Shown here in pieces: positions 61,650 to 64,000 of a stretch of DNA of 64,000 bases (within the stretch, counting starts at the first letter, position 1; every line of letters starts with the position of its first letter). This DNA is from Okamejei kenojei (taxonomy: Eukaryota). The position numbers and the translations under genes are program-made. The stretch covers positions 28,768,001 through 28,832,000 of the forward strand of contig CM069148.1 in NCBI GenBank assembly GCA_035221665.1, read 5' to 3'. The notes below the pieces were generated by a model. The model was given only the letters and a program-made list of their open reading frames with translations, had not been told where the DNA came from and did no database searches.

Positions 61650-62200
61650 TTGACTCCATTCAAGGACCCAAGCAGTCTTTCCAGGTTCAGCAGAGGTTCA
61701 CCTGCACCTCCTCCAACCTCATCTATTGCATCCGCTGCTCTAGGTGTCAGCTGCTCTACATCTGTGAGACCAAGCGGAGGCTTGGCGATCGCTTCGCCCC
61801 ACACCTGTGCTCGGTTCGCATTAACCTACCTGATCTCCCGGTAGCTCAGCACTTCAACTCCCCCTCCCATTCCGAATCCGACCTTTCCGTCCTGGGCCTC
61901 CTCCATGGCCAGAGTGAGTCCCACCGTAAATTGGAGGAGCAGCATCTCATATTTTGCTTGGGCAGTTTACACCCCAGCGGTATGAACATTGACTTCTCTA
62001 ATTTCAGGTAGTCCCTGCTTTCTCCTCCCCTTCTCAGCTCTCCCTCAGCCCATTGTCTCCGCCTCTTCTTTTCTTCTTCCCGTGCCCCTCCCCCCACCCT
62101 CACATCAGTCTGAAGAAGGGCCTCGACCCAAAACGTTGCCTATTTCCTTCGCTCCATAGCTGCCTCACCTGCCGAGTTCCTCCAGCATTTTGTCTCACCT
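61330..62200 (+). mobile_element. Penelope-like retroelement, 5'-truncated: Cys-rich linker + GIY-YIG endonuclease + pLTR
   Basis: ORF 61490-62011 (FTCTSSNLIYCIRCSRCQLLYICETKRRLGDRF..H...PVAQHFN...RKLEEQHLIFCLGSLHPSGMN) is a PLE GIY-YIG domain. Confidence 0.92.
61569..61649. repeat. 81-nt poly-C run
   Basis: Directly visible; its length may be a sequencing or assembly artefact. Confidence 0.9.
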
Positions 62201-62254
62201 AAGAGAAAGAGCAGTACTTTGGAAGTGTTGTTGTAACATAAGGAATATGGTGAC

Positions 62255-62545
62255 CACAACACAAGATGCTGGAGGAACTCAGCGGGTCAAGCAGCATCCT
62301 TGGAGGGAATGGACAGGCAAAGCTTTGAGCCGAAGCCCTTTGTCAGACTGGGTGGATGGGGAGTGAGAGCAGAACTGCACAAACTGAGATGACACAGTAA
62401 GGGCTCCATCCACATCAACAGTGCTCTGTAAAAGGGTTCCAATCCTAAACATTGTCCATTCCTTCCACAGATGCTGCCTGACCTTTTGAGTTCCTCCAGC
62501 ACTTTGTGTTTTGCTCAAGGTCCGACATCTGCAGTTCCTTGCGTC
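62255..62545. mobile_element. Penelope-derived fold-back element
   Basis: Inverted arms AACACAAGATGCTGGAGGAACTC / GAGTTCCTCCAGCACTTTGTGTT. Confidence 0.75.
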
Positions 62546-63229
62546 CTCGTTCTAACTCGCTTGAATTTGATGGCATTAAAAATGCTGCCTGATAAATCGG
62601 CTGCCATTTCCTTTTGACTGAGACTGGAAATGTACATTACATTGTACAGCTGAGCGAGATAAATGGAGTTGATATCAGCAGCAATTGCATTTAGATTTCT
62701 CGTCGCTGAGCAGAATATATTCTCGCGGCATGTATGGTTAATTACATCATTTCTAATTAAACCCTGTGTTGATGCAGAAGCTGTTCAGTGTTTTGCCTCA
62801 TTAAAATAAAAAAAGGGACTTGGAGTCATTCAATTGGGAATGAAGCTGTTGTGTATATGTTTGAAAAAGCAAGCACGATATTAAGAAAGTCATTGAAATT
62901 CTGTGTGAGAGCAAGTAAATTGATCCCAGTATAATTCTCAGTAGGTCACTTTATATTGGATTGGTCAAGGTTGACTAATCAGAAATAGTTTGCCCTTGCC
63001 CAGAGCTGTGCGAATTATGCAACACGTTAGGACAATGAGTTACATAAACGGATGCATTACCAAGCAGGAATAAAATATTATTACAGTAATGCAGTTTGTT
63101 CTGATGCCAAATTCAAAGGGCTTTATAAATTCATTACACATTTTTGTTTAATCTGCTAAAGCAAGTAAATATTTTTTTTGCAAACTTAACATTTAAATTT
63201 ACAGAGTGGGCAGAATAATGTGAGTTGTT

Positions 63230-63408
63230 TGGACTCACCGAGTCTGCGCCGACCATTGATCACCGATTCACACCCAGTCCTACATAACTCAACTTTCGCA
63301 TGCACTCCCGGCACCCTAGGCAATTTTAATTTTAGAGGCCAATTAACCTACTAACTCGCACGTCTTTGGGAAGTGGGAGGAAACCGGTGCACCTGGAAGA
63401 AACCCACA
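63230..63408 (-). mobile_element. HE1-type V-SINE 3' half
   Basis: GTGGGAGGAAACCGGTGCACCTGGAAGAAACCCAC is the reverse-complement V-domain. Confidence 0.75.
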
Positions 63409-63459
63409 ATATTGTCACAATATTGCACATCAAGGGATGCATCAACAGTTCTGTACTTA

Positions 63460-64000
63460 AGGGCCTGTCCCAGCAGCATGCAACTCCATGTGATGAGCGC
63501 GACCTAACGTGGTCGCTTGAGCCGTCCGGCGTCGCGGGGCCGGTCCCACTTCGATCGCCGGAGCCGTGCGGAATTGTGCGGAGTACGTCCCGATATCGCG
63601 CGGGGCTCCGAAAAACTGACCATGTTCAAAAATTCCGCGCGAAAAAGGCTTGTTGGCTCGCAGTAGCCTTGACGCATTACACACTGCCTCGACGTCGTGC
63701 CTCCATGACCCTCTCTGTAGGTGCCTCCGTGACCCTCTCTGTAGGTGCCTCCGTGACCCTCTCTGTGTGTGCCTCTGTGCCCCTCTCTGTGTGTCCCTCT
63801 CTGTCCTGGCGAACTTACCTTTAAGACTTCGCTCCAAGTTGGCCTCACTTTGCGCCGCTTTGCGCCACTCACCCCACCTCCGCGCGGCCCCCGCAGCCGG
63901 TTTGGTCGCGCTCTTCGCATGCAGGCGCATGCTGTTGGGAACGGCCCTGTACAGGGATCACCCGACCTCCGCGCGGCCCCCGCTTCTAGTTTGATCGCGC
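63460..64000. mobile_element. PIF/Harbinger-type non-autonomous DNA transposon, CpG-rich, running to the window edge
   Basis: TTA|AGGGCCTGTCCCAGCAGCATGC...GAGCGCGACC; inverted copy at 63904-63948; internal 24-bp tandem repeat at 63697-63792; same terminal motif as 52696-52915. Confidence 0.8.

Noticed and set aside
61352-61844. Poly-Gly and poly-Pro ORFs as novel proteins
   Set aside because: They come from the 81-nt C homopolymer inside a Penelope fragment, whose length may be an artefact.
2278-62545. Recurrent GCTGGAGTAACTCAGCGGGTCAGGCAGCATC unit as a CRISPR-like array
   Set aside because: Copies are dispersed, diverged and in both orientations with no regular spacers, and the DNA is vertebrate; the unit is a Penelope pLTR.

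Overview
Eukaryotic (vertebrate) genomic DNA, not prokaryotic. The repeat content (HE1-type V-SINEs, HER1/CR1 LINEs, Penelope-like elements, Rex1-like tails) points to a cartilaginous fish, probably a skate or ray (inference). The whole window lies inside a + strand synaptotagmin-7 (SYT7) gene, in the region between the transmembrane exons and the C2A exons, neither of which is in the window. I can read five exons with canonical AG/GT borders: four frame-preserving phase-2/phase-2 linker cassettes (9900-10031, 10511-10714, 23011-23373, 33410-33532) and the constitutive exon 56295-56430. The most interesting unexplained signals are: (1) a candidate stop-codon exon at 10253-10313; (2) a candidate 6-nt frame-preserving microexon at 48382-48387 behind a ~145-nt AG-free zone; (3) minimal hammerhead-ribozyme cores carried by small Penelope-derived insertions, one with an intact core, in the pre-mRNA sense and with a perfect 13-bp TSD; (4) several long inverted repeats that would give intronic dsRNA; (5) a local duplication flanking the constitutive exon that preserves the empty site of a Harbinger-type MITE. 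Exon, TSD and inverted-repeat coordinates were counted by hand. Degenerate repeat boundaries are approximate. Protein and repeat family calls come from recalled sequences, not from database searches.
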